A stretch of DNA of 64,000 nucleotides from Peribolospora baueri (taxonomy: Eukaryota): assembly GCA_029717555.1 (NCBI GenBank), contig JAMDHS010000083.1:1-64000 (forward strand), written 5' to 3'. Made by a program: the position numbers and the translations under genes. The notes below the pieces were generated by a model. It ran no database searches and was not told the DNA's origin. It saw only the letters and a program-made list of their open reading frames with translations. Below are positions 1 to 13,000 of the stretch, piece by piece (position 1 is the stretch's first letter; the number at the start of each line of letters is the position of its first letter).

Positions 1-2985
1 GGGCGGGGGGGGAAGGGGGGGCGGGGTTGAAGACGGGTTTACCAACGAACAAACAATGTGAGAAACGTTGGGCACCAAAAAGAAGAAAGCACCATCGATT
101 CCGTCTGTCACTCACCCTGGTTCGCAAACTCCTCCAACGCGAGGTCCGTCTGGTCGCGCACCTCCTCCTGTCCCGGCGCGAGCCTTTCAAAGATGACCGA
201 ATCGGCGCCCTTGCACAGCACCATCACCTTTCCCTTTTCTCCGCTCCGGGGCGAGGGCGAGCGGACGTCGACATCGATTCTGCGAACGATGACGCTCATC
301 CTCTTCCTCGCACTAGAAAACTCGAGCGTGTTGAGCAGCTCGTACTCCTCCAACTCTGTCGAATACGGCGTCTGCAACTTGAGGCGGTCCTTGTCCTTGC
401 CACAGAAGACAAAGCCAACGTCGGCGGAGGCTTGGACGAGGGCGGCCTCGTCGGGCGACTGGGCTCTGTACTCGATCGCGCCCTCCTCGTCCTCGGTCAC
501 CACGACGGTGTGGCAGAGGGCGAGGCAGGTGAAGAAGGCGGTTAACGCGGTGGCCTGCGCCGACGTCGGGTCCTCGAGGTCGCGCTGGACGTTGCGGTCG
601 CGGAACGGCGCGAGCACCTCGGGTGGCAACTTGACCTTCTTCCGGCCCGGGACGTTCGACGCCGTGGGCGGGCTCGAGGACGACCCGGGGGACAAGTCGA
701 CGTCTTTGCTTTCAAGCGATGCCGTCTTCTCCGCGCCGGTGGCCGAATCGAGCGTGTCGGACAGCTTGCGATCCACGTCGCCGGCGTACGTCTTTCCCCC
801 GACACAGCACTGTCGGAAGACCATGGCGTTCTGGGTGAGCGTGCCGGTCTTGTCGCTGAAGATGTACTCGATCTGGCCGAGGTCGTCGGAGAGGTTCCAG
901 CTTCGGGCGGTAGTGCGCCGCTTGGTCTTCTCGTAGTAGATGTCGTAGTCGTCGAAGATGAAGTAGGCCTGACACGTCCGGACGACCTCTATGGAGATGT
1001 AGAGCGAGATGGGGACCATGTTCTGAAACGTGATGAGCGCGTTTCCAAATGTGACGAGACCATTGATGCTGGGGTTGTCCGAGGAAAGCACATCTAGGAC
1101 GGTCCAGTACGAGTTTCGGGCGCGGTAGAACTTTTCAAAATGGGAGTCGGCGACGGCACAAGCGATGCAGATGCAGGCGAGGATGGCAAGGTTAAGGAAC
1201 CTGAGAGGAGAGGAAAGGGAAAGGAGCGAAGAATGTGAGCAAGCGGAACCAAAAAGAGGGCGGGCCGGCAGACTCACACCATGGGGTTCATCTGCCTCTC
1301 GACTTTACTCCGCTTGGAAGGCGTGCCTCCCGAGTTGGCCACAATCTTAGTGTCGATGCCGGTGTAGAGGACGATACCAATGACCCAATCGGTGTTACGG
1401 AGCAAGCACCCGCGAAGGAGGACGGTGTTGAGGGTGACGGGGCACCGAAGCGGTTTGCCGTCCGGCCCAACCCGATCGGAGAGAACGACGGCACCGTTGA
1501 GGCGGAACATGTTCGTCGACGGCTCCTCCACGTCCACCCTCAAGGATGCGCGCGCGCAGTCCTGCGGGGTGCGGAGGTGGGTGAGCTCGGGGACGGCGTG
1601 TCGGGATTTGAGGTTCGTCTCCCCGTCGAGGTTTTTTGTCTCGATGTAGCAAACGTCCTCCTCCTCTGATGTCGAACAGATGACGATGTCTGCAAACGGA
1701 GATGGCACGCATCAGCAGGCCATTCGAGCCGGGGGCGGACACAAAGACACGGGAGGCCGTGGCGGCGGCGCACTCACCAGCAGGGACGGCCTCGTTGGCC
1801 TTCAACCTAACGAAATCGCCCACCGCAAGGTCCTCCCAAGCTTTCCTCTTCCATCTCGGCCTCTTGGCCTTCTTCTTCTCGCCGCCGCCGCCCTGGTGAC
1901 GCTGGGGAGCGTGAGCGTCGGAATCGGCGGCCGCTTCGTCCTCGTCGCTGTCCCACTCGCTGCTCCAGTCCCCACTCGGTCGAGTGGCCATGGACGGTCG
2001 CGGGGCGTGCTGCGGTTGCCGTTGTTGTTGTTGTTGTACCTGCCAGCTGAGCCGGCGAGAAGGGCTGGGGGAGAGCGCACGTCCAGGGCGACTGGCGTGA
2101 TGTTGCTGCTCATAGAGGAGAGTCGGGTTGTGCGCGTCGCCGCCGCCAGGCGCCGTGGCGGGGTGGGAGGCTGGCTCGACGGGGGGCTGACCGGCGGCGG
2201 CCGCGGGCGTCGACTCGTTGCCAGGGTGCTGAAGAGCGAGGTCGGCGGCCTCTAGATCGGCGGTGGTGGCGGCCCCGGTGGCCTTCTCATGGTCCTTTTG
2301 ATGCTCCTTGCGCCTGAGCATGCCGCGGGTGGCGGCCTTGGACCTCCTGCCGTGCCAATCGAACATGCCGCGAAAAATCTGGGTGAGCGTCTTCCCCTTC
2401 TGCTCCATCATGTTCGGGTTCTTCCAGCCGCCGCCGGACAGGACGGAGGCCTTGAGCTGGCGGTTGACGTAGCGGTCGGCCTGATGTCGCTTCAAGTCTT
2501 CGTAGCCGTCCTTGAGGGCGGTGATGGCGAGAACGACTAGGAGGGGGAGCATGGCGATGCCGGGGGAGATGGTGTGGAATTGAGGGAGGAACTGAAGGAT
2601 GACGAGAACTAGGGAGGGGAAGGCGAGCGGGGGTCAGCAAAGGCGGTCGCATGGCATGGCACGGCATCGCCCGCCACTCACCCAAGAAGAAGATGTTGGC
2701 GACCCTCCTAAACTGCTCGAGCAAGTTCTTGAAGATAAAGTTGTACACGGTATACTTGGAGGTGAGGACCTGGTTGGAGGGGAAGACCCACGTGGGCTTG
2801 GGGCGGCCCTTGGCGTCAAAGGCGAGGTCGGCGGGGAGGGGCTCGTTGACGTAGACGCTCCTCGGCGTCGGCGGAGGCCGCTTGCGCTCGAAGAGCGTCT
2901 CGACGTTCCATGAAGTGAGGGCGGTGAAGACGTTGGTGATGCGGGACAGGCCTACGCCGCCCTTGGCGAACCATTTGGACGGCAT
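1..2985 (-). CDS. P4-type ATPase, phospholipid flippase (Dnf1/Dnf2-like); 5' part only, continues beyond the window start
   Basis: Spliced ORFs contain NLLEQFRRVANIFF, IETKNLDGETNLK, the phosphorylation motif DKTGTLT, YRAQSPDEAALV, EFSSARKRMSVIV and CKGADSVI. ATG at 2985 (MPSKWF). Confidence 0.95.
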
Positions 2986-3440
2986 CCTGGCGAGCGGCGG
3001 GGGAGGGGGAGGAGGAATGGAGGGAGACGGGTGGAGTGGCTGTGCGACCGTCGGCGACGATGGGCGGCGAGCAGCGAGCAAGCTCGGCCTGCTCGACGAT
3101 CGGCTGGCTGAAGCAGACGGAGACGGACGTCGAGGGGGAGAGGAAAGTGGGTGCGAGTCCGATTTGATTTGATTTGATCCGACCCGGCCGGGTGGGGTTG
3201 GTTGGTCGAAGGCGCGGACCGTTCCTCCGTCACCTCACCTCACCTCACTGGCTCGCTCGCACGCTCGATCGATCACGCCCAGCCACCGAGCACGGCCCAC
3301 CGTTAGCGGCGATCGGACGCGCGGGAAAGGGAGAGTGAGGAGGAGAGGGAGGGTAAGAAGTGGGAAGTGGGGGTGGGATGGGATGGGATGGTGGACGAGG
3401 ATGAAGATGGAGTCGTCGTCGGAGGAAGGACAAGGACAAG

Positions 3441-3490
3441 GAAAAGGAAAAGAAAAAGAAAAAGAAAAAGAAAAAGAAAAAGAAAAAGAA
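3441..3490. repeat. (GAAAAA)n microsatellite
   Basis: Read directly; intergenic, upstream of the flippase. Confidence 0.9.
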
Positions 3491-3948
3491 CGGGTCAAGG
3501 CCAGGACAAGGCGGCCGACGATAACGAGACTCTACTTCGTTCAACGCGCACTGCCACCGACCCGCCGTCCCGGCCCGGCCTCGGTTTGCTGCGGCAACCA
3601 CGGAAGCGAAAGCGCGGTCCGGCAAGGAAATAATCGGCCCGTGTTTTACGCGGCGGAGCGAGACAAACACGAGACAAGAGTACCATATAACAGATGGTTG
3701 GATGGATGGCCCGTGCACCGACGTCAGCCAACGCTCACCATCCACTCACTTCCTGCACACATTCATGTTTCCAAGCTGCCTGTTCGATCGGATCGCCTCG
3801 CTGAGAAGAAGCGAAACGAGCATGAACGGAGAGGAGACGATGGTGGCGGATGCAAAGGAATGAACAAACAAACGAGGCATCATGCCATGCCAATCGAGAC
3901 AATACACATAGATGGACGTCGCCAAGCGGGCGCCGATTCTCCGCCCTT

Positions 3949-4001
3949 CCCTCCTCTTTCTCCTCTTTCTCCTCTTTCTCCTCTTTCTCCTCTTTCTCCT
4001 C
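3949..4001. repeat. (TCTCCTCTT)n 9-mer tandem repeat
   Basis: About 5-6 copies just downstream of the YME1 stop codon. Confidence 0.9.
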
Positions 4002-4012
4002 TCCCTCCGCAC

Positions 4013-7000
4013 TCAAACATCCAGCTCCTCCATCCTCACAGCCCCACCCTCGATAGCCTGCACAATCTGCTCCGCATCCAGCGTCTCATGCTCCACGAGC
4101 GCCTCAGCAAGCCGGTGCAGTGCTTCTTGGTGTGTTTGGACAATGTCCCTCGCTCGAGATTCGCCCGCTTCTATGATCTCTCGGACTTCTTCTTCGATCA
4201 ATAGCCGTGTTTGGGGCGAGAGCGCGTCGTCGTCTTCGTGTGCTACGCGACCGACCTGTATTCAAAGGCGATCAATGCGAATGAATGGGCACGCGTGAAA
4301 TCGACAAAATCGCATATGCCAATCACCCCCCGTCCACACTCACCTTATCGCTATACCCATACCTCGTCACCAAAGACCTCGCCACCCTCGTCGCCTTGAT
4401 AATATCCGAGCTAGCCCCACTCGTCATCTGCTCTTTCCCATAGATCACTTCCTCCGCCACCCGTCCGCCCAAGCTCGTGTCGATCTCGGCGAGGAATTCG
4501 CGGAACGATATTGACACACGGTCGTCTTCTGGCAATTGCAGAGTCTGCGAGGGGGGAGCGACGGGGAGGGCGACGGGGGGATCAGCCCGAGGAGAGGACG
4601 AAAGGAGGGTGCGCGACAAGGCGAGGTCGGACTTACATAGCCCAGGCTGCCGCCTCGAGGGATACACGTCACCTTTTGCAACGCCATCGCTCCCGGTGTC
4701 AAATGAGCGACAAGAGCTGTCGAGTCGGGATCCATTTGCGAGACACAAAGACAAAAGAGGCGTCAGACGAGAGCTCCCTCGACCCGACGGGCCAATCACG
4801 ATCGACACGCACCATGCCCAGCCTCATGGTACGCCGTCTTCCTCTTCACCTGCTCAGTAATATACGCGCTCTTCCTCTCAGCACCCATCATGATCCTCTC
4901 CTTTGCCCACTCAAAGTGCCAAGGCGTCACCGCCGGGTGGCCCTCTTTGCTCGCTTTCACCGCCGCTTGGTTCACCAAGTTTTGTAGGTCCGCGCCGGAG
5001 AAGCCTGGACAGCCGCGGGCGATGACGGAGGCGTTGACGTCTGCTCGTGAACAAGGGGAGCGGATTTGAGCACTCGAAAATTCCATCGATGACCGACGGA
5101 CAACACAGGACACCCACCGCTGTCCACTAGCACATCGCGGAAGTACGAGTTTAAAATCTCAATCCTCCCCTTTACGTCCGGGAGGGGTACGTGAACATGC
5201 TTATCAAACCGTCCAGGTCGAATGAGCGCCGGATCGAGGTTCTCGGGAGCAAAGTTAGTGGCGGCGATGAAAATGACGCCCTCCGCCTGGGAGAAGCCGT
5301 CCAGGTCTGTGAGCAGCTGGTTCAGCGTCTGCTTCGCATACTGCTGGTCCCGGTTCGGAGCGCGCTTCGAGCCGATCGCGTCCAGCTCGCTAAAGACCGG
5401 GAGGCCGGGCGTTGCCAGAGACGGTACGATTTGAGCATGCCCGTTTCTCTCGAAGCAGACAATGCGAGAAACTTACTCGATGAACACGATCGACGGCGCC
5501 TTCTTCCGAGCGGCCGCGAAGAGGTCTCTGATCCTACGCGCGCCCACGCCGACGTACCTGTGATGGGCGACCGGTAAATCGCGAACAAGTCAGCGGGCCC
5601 ACCGGTGATGCGCGGCGTACGACTGACGACCCTCGAGATGATGGCTCACATCTCGTCAAATTCGGAGCCAGAAGCGAAGAGGAACGGCTGGTACGGAACG
5701 ACAGAAGAAACGAACGGGTTCGTCGCCGTCGCCTTCGGTCAGCGAGACGAGACGACATCGCAGAAATCCGAGCCCACCGCCACTCACCACGCCAGCTTCG
5801 CCCGCAACGGCCCTGGCCATGAGCGTCTTGCCCGTCCCCGGCGGACCGTACAACAAGACGCCCTTGGGCAGTTTTCCGCCCAGCGTTGTGAACCTCTCGG
5901 GGTCCTTGAGGAACTCGACGACCTCACTGAGCTCGCTCTTGGCCTCCTCGACGCCATGCACGTCGTCGAACGTGACCACCTTTTTCGACTTTCCGTCCAC
6001 CGTCGGGCCCCCAGGCGGCGGGGGCGCAAACTCGTTCGGAGAACCTGTGGTACCGGGAGGACCTGCGGCGCGGAGGAGGCCGTTCTCGAAGAGGATGGTG
6101 AGCAAGGTCATACCTCCGAAAATGTACAGACCGGCGAAGAGCGCCCATCGCACGAGGCGGAGCGTCAAGGGACCCTTTGCTGGTCGCCGGATGGGAGAGC
6201 AATGCGAGACGGATATCAGTCAAGGCATGCCCAGCAGCAGCATAGGTCGAGGAAGCATCAGACAGGGAAACGACTTACCCTCTTCCACAACCACGTGCAT
6301 CCTCTCCCCTCCCCTTCCCGCCCGCGTACCGTCGCCGACGGGATGCATCCCATACGCTCCTATGGCGCCAAGATTGCCGATTGTGTTGCCGTACCCGTTC
6401 GTGGTAGAATCAAACGTCCCCCGGACGTCAACCACGCGTCCGCCCGTCCGGGAATCGGCGATGGCCCGGGCGAGTTCTGCGCGAGTCGGGTTCGATGGCG
6501 GGCCGTGCCGAGTGGAAGGAAGAGGAGGAGGGTCTGACAATCCGCCGTAGCCGTTTGAAGGGGGAGGAGGGAAAGGCGATCGGGAATACGATTGCGGTGA
6601 CGGCGTCGCCCTGCCATTGCTCGCACCTGCCTCCGTCGTCGTCCATGGCCCTCGTCCGATTCTCGATTTCGGTGTTGCCGTCCTTCCAGTGGCCGACAGC
6701 AAGCGGCTTGTGGGGCCGCACATCTCTTCCCTGGCTCTCAAAGCGTCCTCCCTTCTCCTCCTCGCCTCCTCTAGCCTCGCCGGTGAAGCTTGTCCACTCA
6801 TCCTGAGCGCGGAGAGGTAGTCCTGGAAGAGCGAGGGAGAAAGGAGGACGGGAGAGGTGGGATCAAAGGTGAGGAGGCGCTCGTAGGATGAGATGATGGG
6901 ACGCGGGACCGAGTGCGCGAGGAGGGCCTGAGACGAAGCGGAAGGAACAAAGGTCAGAGCACACGATCCATCGGTCGACCAGCACGGCGACGAAAGGCAT

Positions 7001-7902
7001 AGACGCGGGACGCACCTCGAACCAGCGCTCCCACAAGGTCTCGTCCGCAGGGCTCCTCTGCACTCTCTCGCCGAGGTCCCTGATCTGTCTCTGCAACTCG
7101 TCCCCGCCGCCCAGTCGGTCCGAGCCGTGGAAGCCGTAGTAGGCGCCGCTGAGTTTGGAGGTGCCGTAGTGGGGTTGGGCGTAGGGGTCTCGATCGGTCC
7201 CGTCATCGCCTCTTGAGCGAGAGAAGAACGTCCGCCGTGGTCGCTGAGGTGATGTCCGTCGCTGATGGGCAGTGGAGAGGTGGCATGGAAGGGAAGGGGA
7301 GAGGGGCGTGAAAGAGAGCAAGAGCGAGGGTCGGCCGAGACGGTGATGGTCGCTCCGAAAAGACGGCAGACCGGGCAAGAAATGTCGAGCCGATCCACCA
7401 CCACCTCGACCCACGCCCCGTCTTCTCGAGGCATCCAACGACGCCGAGCTCCTCGCCAGGTCGTGCGCCCTCTTTCGGATCTCTGCTCGCGCTACCCCAT
7501 GGAGGAGGTTGGAAGGACCTGCGCGTGCCGCGTCCAGATAGAGTAAATTGCGAGAGACGGCTCGTGTGAGCTCGTGGAATGCCTCGTCCGACAAGTCGCG
7601 GGCGATGTCTTGAACGGAAGCTCTGAGGTCGGTCGAGGGTCCGGCGCCGAGGAGACCGAGCGCTTCAGCGTGGACCTGCGAGGTAGGAAGAAAGAGGACA
7701 TGGAGTCAGTCGGGTTGTCCATCCGTTCATCGATCGCCTCGGCGAGTCTACGCACAGAGCTCGCGGGACTGGCGCCGTCGATCGTCTGCTCTCGGACGTG
7801 CTGCTGTCTCCGGGGATGAAGAGCAGCGCTGAGCTTGGCCGAGGTCTCCACGACCGAGCCTACCAGATGAGGAGGCCAAGCGGCGGCGAAGGAAGTGGCC
7901 AT
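4013..7902 (-). CDS. YME1: Mitochondrial i-AAA protease (FtsH/M41 family)
   Basis: [15 protein letters not shown], Walker A GPPGTGKT, Walker [29 protein letters not shown] and Zn motif HEAGH. About 10 GT-AG introns. The start codon is less certain. Confidence 0.93.
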
Positions 7903-8484
7903 GCGCGGAGGAATGAGGGCGGGTGGAAAGGGAGGAGAAAGGAAGGAGTGGCGGCGATCGAGAAGGACGCTCGGCCAGTCGGACGGTCGGCCGATCGTGC
8001 CGCGCTCCGGCGGACAGCGAGCGCGTTGCCCAGTTCGGTGGGCCGCGACAGACGAAGCGGTGGCGGTGAGCGTGCACCTGGAGTTGAGCGGTCGAGCGTG
8101 CAAAGTATCTTTGCCGTGAACGGCAAGAGGGCCAGGGGCGCGTGCACGTCGAGCGTTTACGACGTTTTTATCTGAACGGGGAAGGGCCAGCGGCGCCTGG
8201 GACGTACACTCCATTCAAAGGCAGCAAAGAAGCGGAAGAGAAAGGGAAGGTGACGGGGACGTGTTCGGACTCGGCGGGTATCACGATTGGAGCCAACTGT
8301 GACGAACGAAGGACGCGCAGGACGTCTAAATACGAAGAAAGGAGCGGAAAGCGAACAAAAGCGCAGCACACTGACATGGAAGACGGAGGGCCCGGCTGAG
8401 AAAGCGGCGCGGGCCAGCACACGGCACGAAGAGCACGGCACGGTCAAGCAGGCGAGGCGAGGGCGACAGCGGGGACACGAGCGA

Positions 8485-10072
8485 TCAGTCGTTGTCATAC
8501 ACGTATTTCTTGATCGTCACCTTGGTCCGGCTGAGTTTCGGTGACCGCGCGAGCTCGGTCTCGGGCAGGTTGCCGAATCGGTCTAGGCCGGCGGCGGGCT
8601 TTCACGAGCGGGGAGGAGAACGGGGGAGACAACGTCGGCGACGGGGGGCAAGCGAGAGACAGATGATGACAGGCCGGTCGCCAGCTCACCTTGATCATGC
8701 AACCCTTGATCTCCTCGCCCTGAGCCTGTCCCTTGGCAGTGGCAGGGTCGAACAAGTCGCGCTGCGATGGCTCTGCGAACAGGTTCTTGTCCCAGCGCAC
8801 CGCCTTGATCCGTCTTTGCTTCGGCTGGCGCCCCGCGCCCGCCTCGGCTGACATGTCCGCCGGCACGCCTTCCGAAGGACGAGGCGAGAGGGGCTCGGCC
8901 GAGGCACGCGCTCTCCGCCCGGGCGGCGTCTCGTACACCTCTTCATCGCCCGCCCCCAATCGATGGGTACCGGGGGTGCTGGTGGGAGCGGGCAAGGATT
9001 CTGGGGGGTCGATGCCAGCGTTCTCGCCGCCGCCTCCGCCGCCGTTTTCGGCCTCCTGCCCTTCCTGTTCCTCTACCTCTCCGCGACTCCTCTTCCTCGC
9101 CCGCAGCGCCCTCTCATTCGCGGCTCGCTCCTTGGGCGTCGCCAGCGCGTCTTCCCTTTTCCTGATCTTGCTCGTCGGACTTGGAGGCCGGGGGCCGTCG
9201 ACGCGGATGGTGTGCACGTCCAGCTGGGATACGTACACCTCGTTCCGCCGCGTGTGCTTGGACGTGAGCCGGGTGAGCTCGGCGGCGCTGAGCGGCAGAG
9301 AGACATCCATCGGGTTTGTCTTTGCCGCGAAAGAGTGGCCCGAGCCGCTGCCGGCGCTGATGGCGGCGTTGGCGGCGGCTTTTGCGCTCCTCTGAGGCAA
9401 AAGGCTCGCGCGCGGGTTCGGCGCTCGTCGAGGCGTTTGTTGAGGCACTTGTCGCGACGTTGGCTGAGGCGCCGGTGGCGGTGTCGGCTGAGACGCTTGT
9501 TGAGGCGCCTGTTGCGGATCTGGCCGGACCTGGGGAGGGGTGGGGTCGTCACGGCGGGCAAGGCCCGGTTCGGCCAGACGCGGAATGGCGGAGGCATGGC
9601 CATGGACGAAATGGTCAGCGGAAATACCCCCAAGCGAGCTTCTCCTCCTGTTGGGCACCCGACCGGTATGAGGGGCGATGGAGGAAGAGAAGGAAGAGGC
9701 GGCTGGAGACGATGAGGGAAACGCAGACAGGCCGGACTTGCGCCCGCCGAGCAACCGTGAACGTAGCGACCTCGGTCGCGTAGACGCAGCGCTGGGCAGC
9801 GCAAGCGAGTACGACGTCGACGCTGCTGGCGCCGAGGTCGCGGACAACGGCCCGTTCGACATGACCATGCTGAGGCGCGTCGGCGTGTGGTTGAGCGCGA
9901 GGCTGCTCGACACGGCGGCCGCCATGACCGACGGGGATTTTGCGGCGGGTGGCGATAAAAAAGCGGAGGAAATAGCAACGGAAGGCCTCGAGGCGACGAC
10001 ACCCTTCTCGGGTGCGCACTCTTTCGGCTGTCTGAGCGACGGACGGGGGATGCTGGACGGACGGGTGGCCAT
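8485..10072 (-). CDS. Hypothetical Ser/Pro/Arg-rich protein with a conserved-looking C-terminal region
   Basis: Long ORF from MATRPSSIPRP. One intron near the 3' end gives a C-terminus of LDRFGNLP...VTIKKYVYDND*. No family recognised. Confidence 0.75.
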
Positions 10073-10808
10073 GGTGAGCGAAGAGGTTGGCGACGGCGGC
10101 GAGAGACGTGATCGAACGCGCAGCGCGGACGTCACGTGCGAGCGGCATTTACTGGAGTGAAGATGTTCCCTCACAATCTTCAGCACAACCACACAAAAGA
10201 GCACGACTTTAGGGTGTGTGTGCTGCGGCAGGTGCTCGCCGCCGTGCAGACCTTTTCAACCAGCAAGTCTGTTCGCTCTTAAGAGCAATGGGAAGCCTTA
10301 TGGCTCTTGCAACCTTCACAACAATAGGCCTCGGAAGTTACTTTCTCTTCCAACACATGACCTTCCGTCCTTCTTTCCTCACCACCCTCCGCACCACTCG
10401 ATACTTCAAGCCGGGGCAGCCAGGTTCCCACGTAGAAATAGAGCTTACCACGGCGTCCTCAGGGAGGACCTATTTACGCTCATCCATCCTTTGGAGGTCG
10501 CGGGGAGATGCTCGCTCACTTACGCGCAGAGGCGATGCCTTACATGTCAGGAAGAGCCTCGAGACCGACGCGGCGATGCCTCGAAGCAGAACCGACAGAA
10601 CACAATGAGTCCTTGAGCCACCACGCTCGGCCCCGTGCCATTCCGAGCTTTAAAGACCAGAGGCACCAACAACGCTAGCATGGCTACATTCAGCTGTTCG
10701 TCCTTCCGCAGTAGGGTGCCAAGCCGGTAACCATTCGTAGCATTTAAAGTCATGGGCTTAGCCCGCAGTGTCCGTTGAGAAGGATATTTCTCAATATCTC
10801 TTTTGACC

Positions 10809-11322
10809 CGCATTGAAACTCATGGGCTTGGGCTGTTTTTTAACGTCTTCATACATAGATAGTGGGAGGATCTTTGGATACCTCACCTAGCAACAAATCA
10901 TGAGTACACTATGAAAGACGGCGCGGCGGCCTCTAGGACGTCGCCCTAGAGGTCTGGCGGGGGAGAGGTCCGTCTATACTAACTAGGAAATACTTCATAT
11001 AATACGGCGGCGGCTTCTTGTCCACCGGCGGGACTTCGTCGTTGTCATCGGCACGGGCTGCCAGCCTCAGTCTTAAAGAAGAAGCGGATGGGGTACTGCC
11101 CAGTCCTGGTAAATCATGTGCATGGATAGGAAGGACGCTCATTCTCTACCTGCCTTGAAAATCATCTTGGAGCAGAGGCGACGGATAGCTGGGACATTGG
11201 CGCGCAAAGTCGTCAAAAAAGGGAAACAATGCCCAGGAGGCCAATCACTGAAAAAAGCACAGAGGCTCGAATGTAAGCCAGATGTATGCGCCGATTTCGG
11301 CGTCATTGAGCCTGGATAACAA
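10809..11322. repeat. Left arm of long inverted repeat (~514 bp)
   Basis: Reverse complement matches 12435-12660 plus 12778-13128 with only scattered substitutions and 1-bp indels. Confidence 0.95.
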
Positions 11323-11527
11323 CCAGAAAAAAACATCTGTGAATGGCAGCGGGGAGAGCGCAGGGCAAGGGTGGCGCGTCACATCACGTCGAACGCTCCC
11401 CGAGGTGGAGGTACTGGCCTGCTTCGCCGTATATCATCCTCTCCCTTCCCGTCAGACCTCCTTTTCCCCTCAACTGTTAGCATCTCCCTCACAGTCCTCT
11501 TGTCGTCCTCAACTCATCTCACTCACA

Positions 11528-13000
11528 ATGTCCATGCCACCGGCTAAAAGGGTTAGACTTTCCATAGTCGTTCACCAGATTGACAAGGCCATTGGGACGC
11601 GGAATGGCTCTAGAGAAGAACTCGCCGAAAGGCTTCAGGCACCCGTCGACAATGTCGAAGATGTCTTCCACGAAATCGAAGGCTTTTCCGACGAGATCGA
11701 ACTTCTCCCTGACGTCGTCGAACCATTTGCGGACAACGTCGGAGAACCCGCCGGTGCTGCAGAAGAACCCGCCGACAGACCTCAGGTCGATGAAACAGGT
11801 CCATCTACGGGTGAGAGAGAGATCCTCGATTTCTTGACACAGTCGAAAACCCCTCCCTGACGTCGTCGAACCGTTTGCGGATGACGTCGGAGAACCCGCC
11901 GGTGCTGCAGAAGAACCCGCCGACAGACCTCAGGTCGACGAAACAGGTCCATCTACGGGTGAGACAGAGATCCTCAAATTGTTGACACAGTCAAAATCTG
12001 ACAAAGTTAAACCCCTCTCTCACACAAAAGCTACAGGTGAAACAGAGGTTATAGAGTTTCTGGTGGAGGAGGTTCGCTTCCTCCTTGAACGGCAACAAAT
12101 TCGTGAAGCGGCATCGAGCGGCGTCAACTGCCTGAAAGCGGTCGTGAATGCGGAGCGCACAAGGGCGGCAGAAGAAGCGCTCGGCGATGACGACCCGGTC
12201 TGGGAACACGTTCGCCCGGTCACCGGGCTCTTCGAATACCTCATTGACCGTCCATTTACGAGCCTGGACAGTTACCATGGAGGTGGCGGCTTGCTTGTGA
12301 GCAACCAGGACGCTCATGCCACATACTACGTGCGCGAGTTCAAGTTTGGCAGTCGTCAGCAACTCGAGACGACGCTGACCGACTATGGTGCGGCCTACCC
12401 AGCCGACCTACCTTGGGCCTTGGCTATGCTCATTTTGTTATCAGGCTCAATGACGCCGAAATCGGCGTATACATCTGGCTTACATTCGAGCCTCTGTGCT
12501 TTTTTTCAGTGATTGGCCTCCTGGGCATTGTTTCCTTTTTTTGACGACTTTGCGCACCAATGCCCCAGCTATCCGTCGCCTCTGCTCCAAGATGATTTTC
12601 AAGGCAGGTAGAGAATGAGCGTCCTATCTATCCATGCACATGATTTACCAAAACTGGGCAATCGACATCGTTCGCATGGAAAGAGGAATTTGGACAGCAA
12701 CTCGTCCTGACAACCATTTCAGAAGCGACCTCGTACAGCGCTGACTATATTCCAGCGTTCCGTCGCGTCTGTGCGGATTTCAAGGCGGGTAGAGAATGAG
12801 CGTCCTTCCTATCCATGCACATAATTTACCAGGACTGGGCAGTACCCCATCCGCTTCTTCTTTAAGACTGAGGCTGGCGCCCGTGCCGATGACGACGACG
12901 AAGTCCCGCCGGTGGACAAGAAGCCGCCGCCGTATTATACGAAGTATTTCCTAGTTAGTATAGACGGACCTCTCCCCCGCCAGACCTCTAGGGCGACATC
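11528..13000 (+). pseudogene. Frameshifted orphan gene with N-terminal NLS-like motif, inside the fold-back
   Basis: MSMPPAKRVRLS... ORF is broken by a 148-bp duplication and resumes in the frame of ORF 11979-12512. An extra T in a T-run near 12505 gives a further frameshift relative to the left-arm copy. An intron-like GTAGAG...TTACCAG lies downstream. End approximate. Confidence 0.6.
11705..11997. repeat. 148-bp tandem duplication (2 copies)
   Basis: CTCCCTGACGTCGTCGAACC... starts at 11705 and again at 11853. Confidence 0.95.

Noticed and set aside
3335..4204. 289-aa ORF with KE and PLS repeats
   Set aside because: Produced by intergenic microsatellites plus antisense overlap with YME1.
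10208..10220. Telomere-like TTAGGG near the left insert boundary
   Set aside because: Single unit only; expected by chance.
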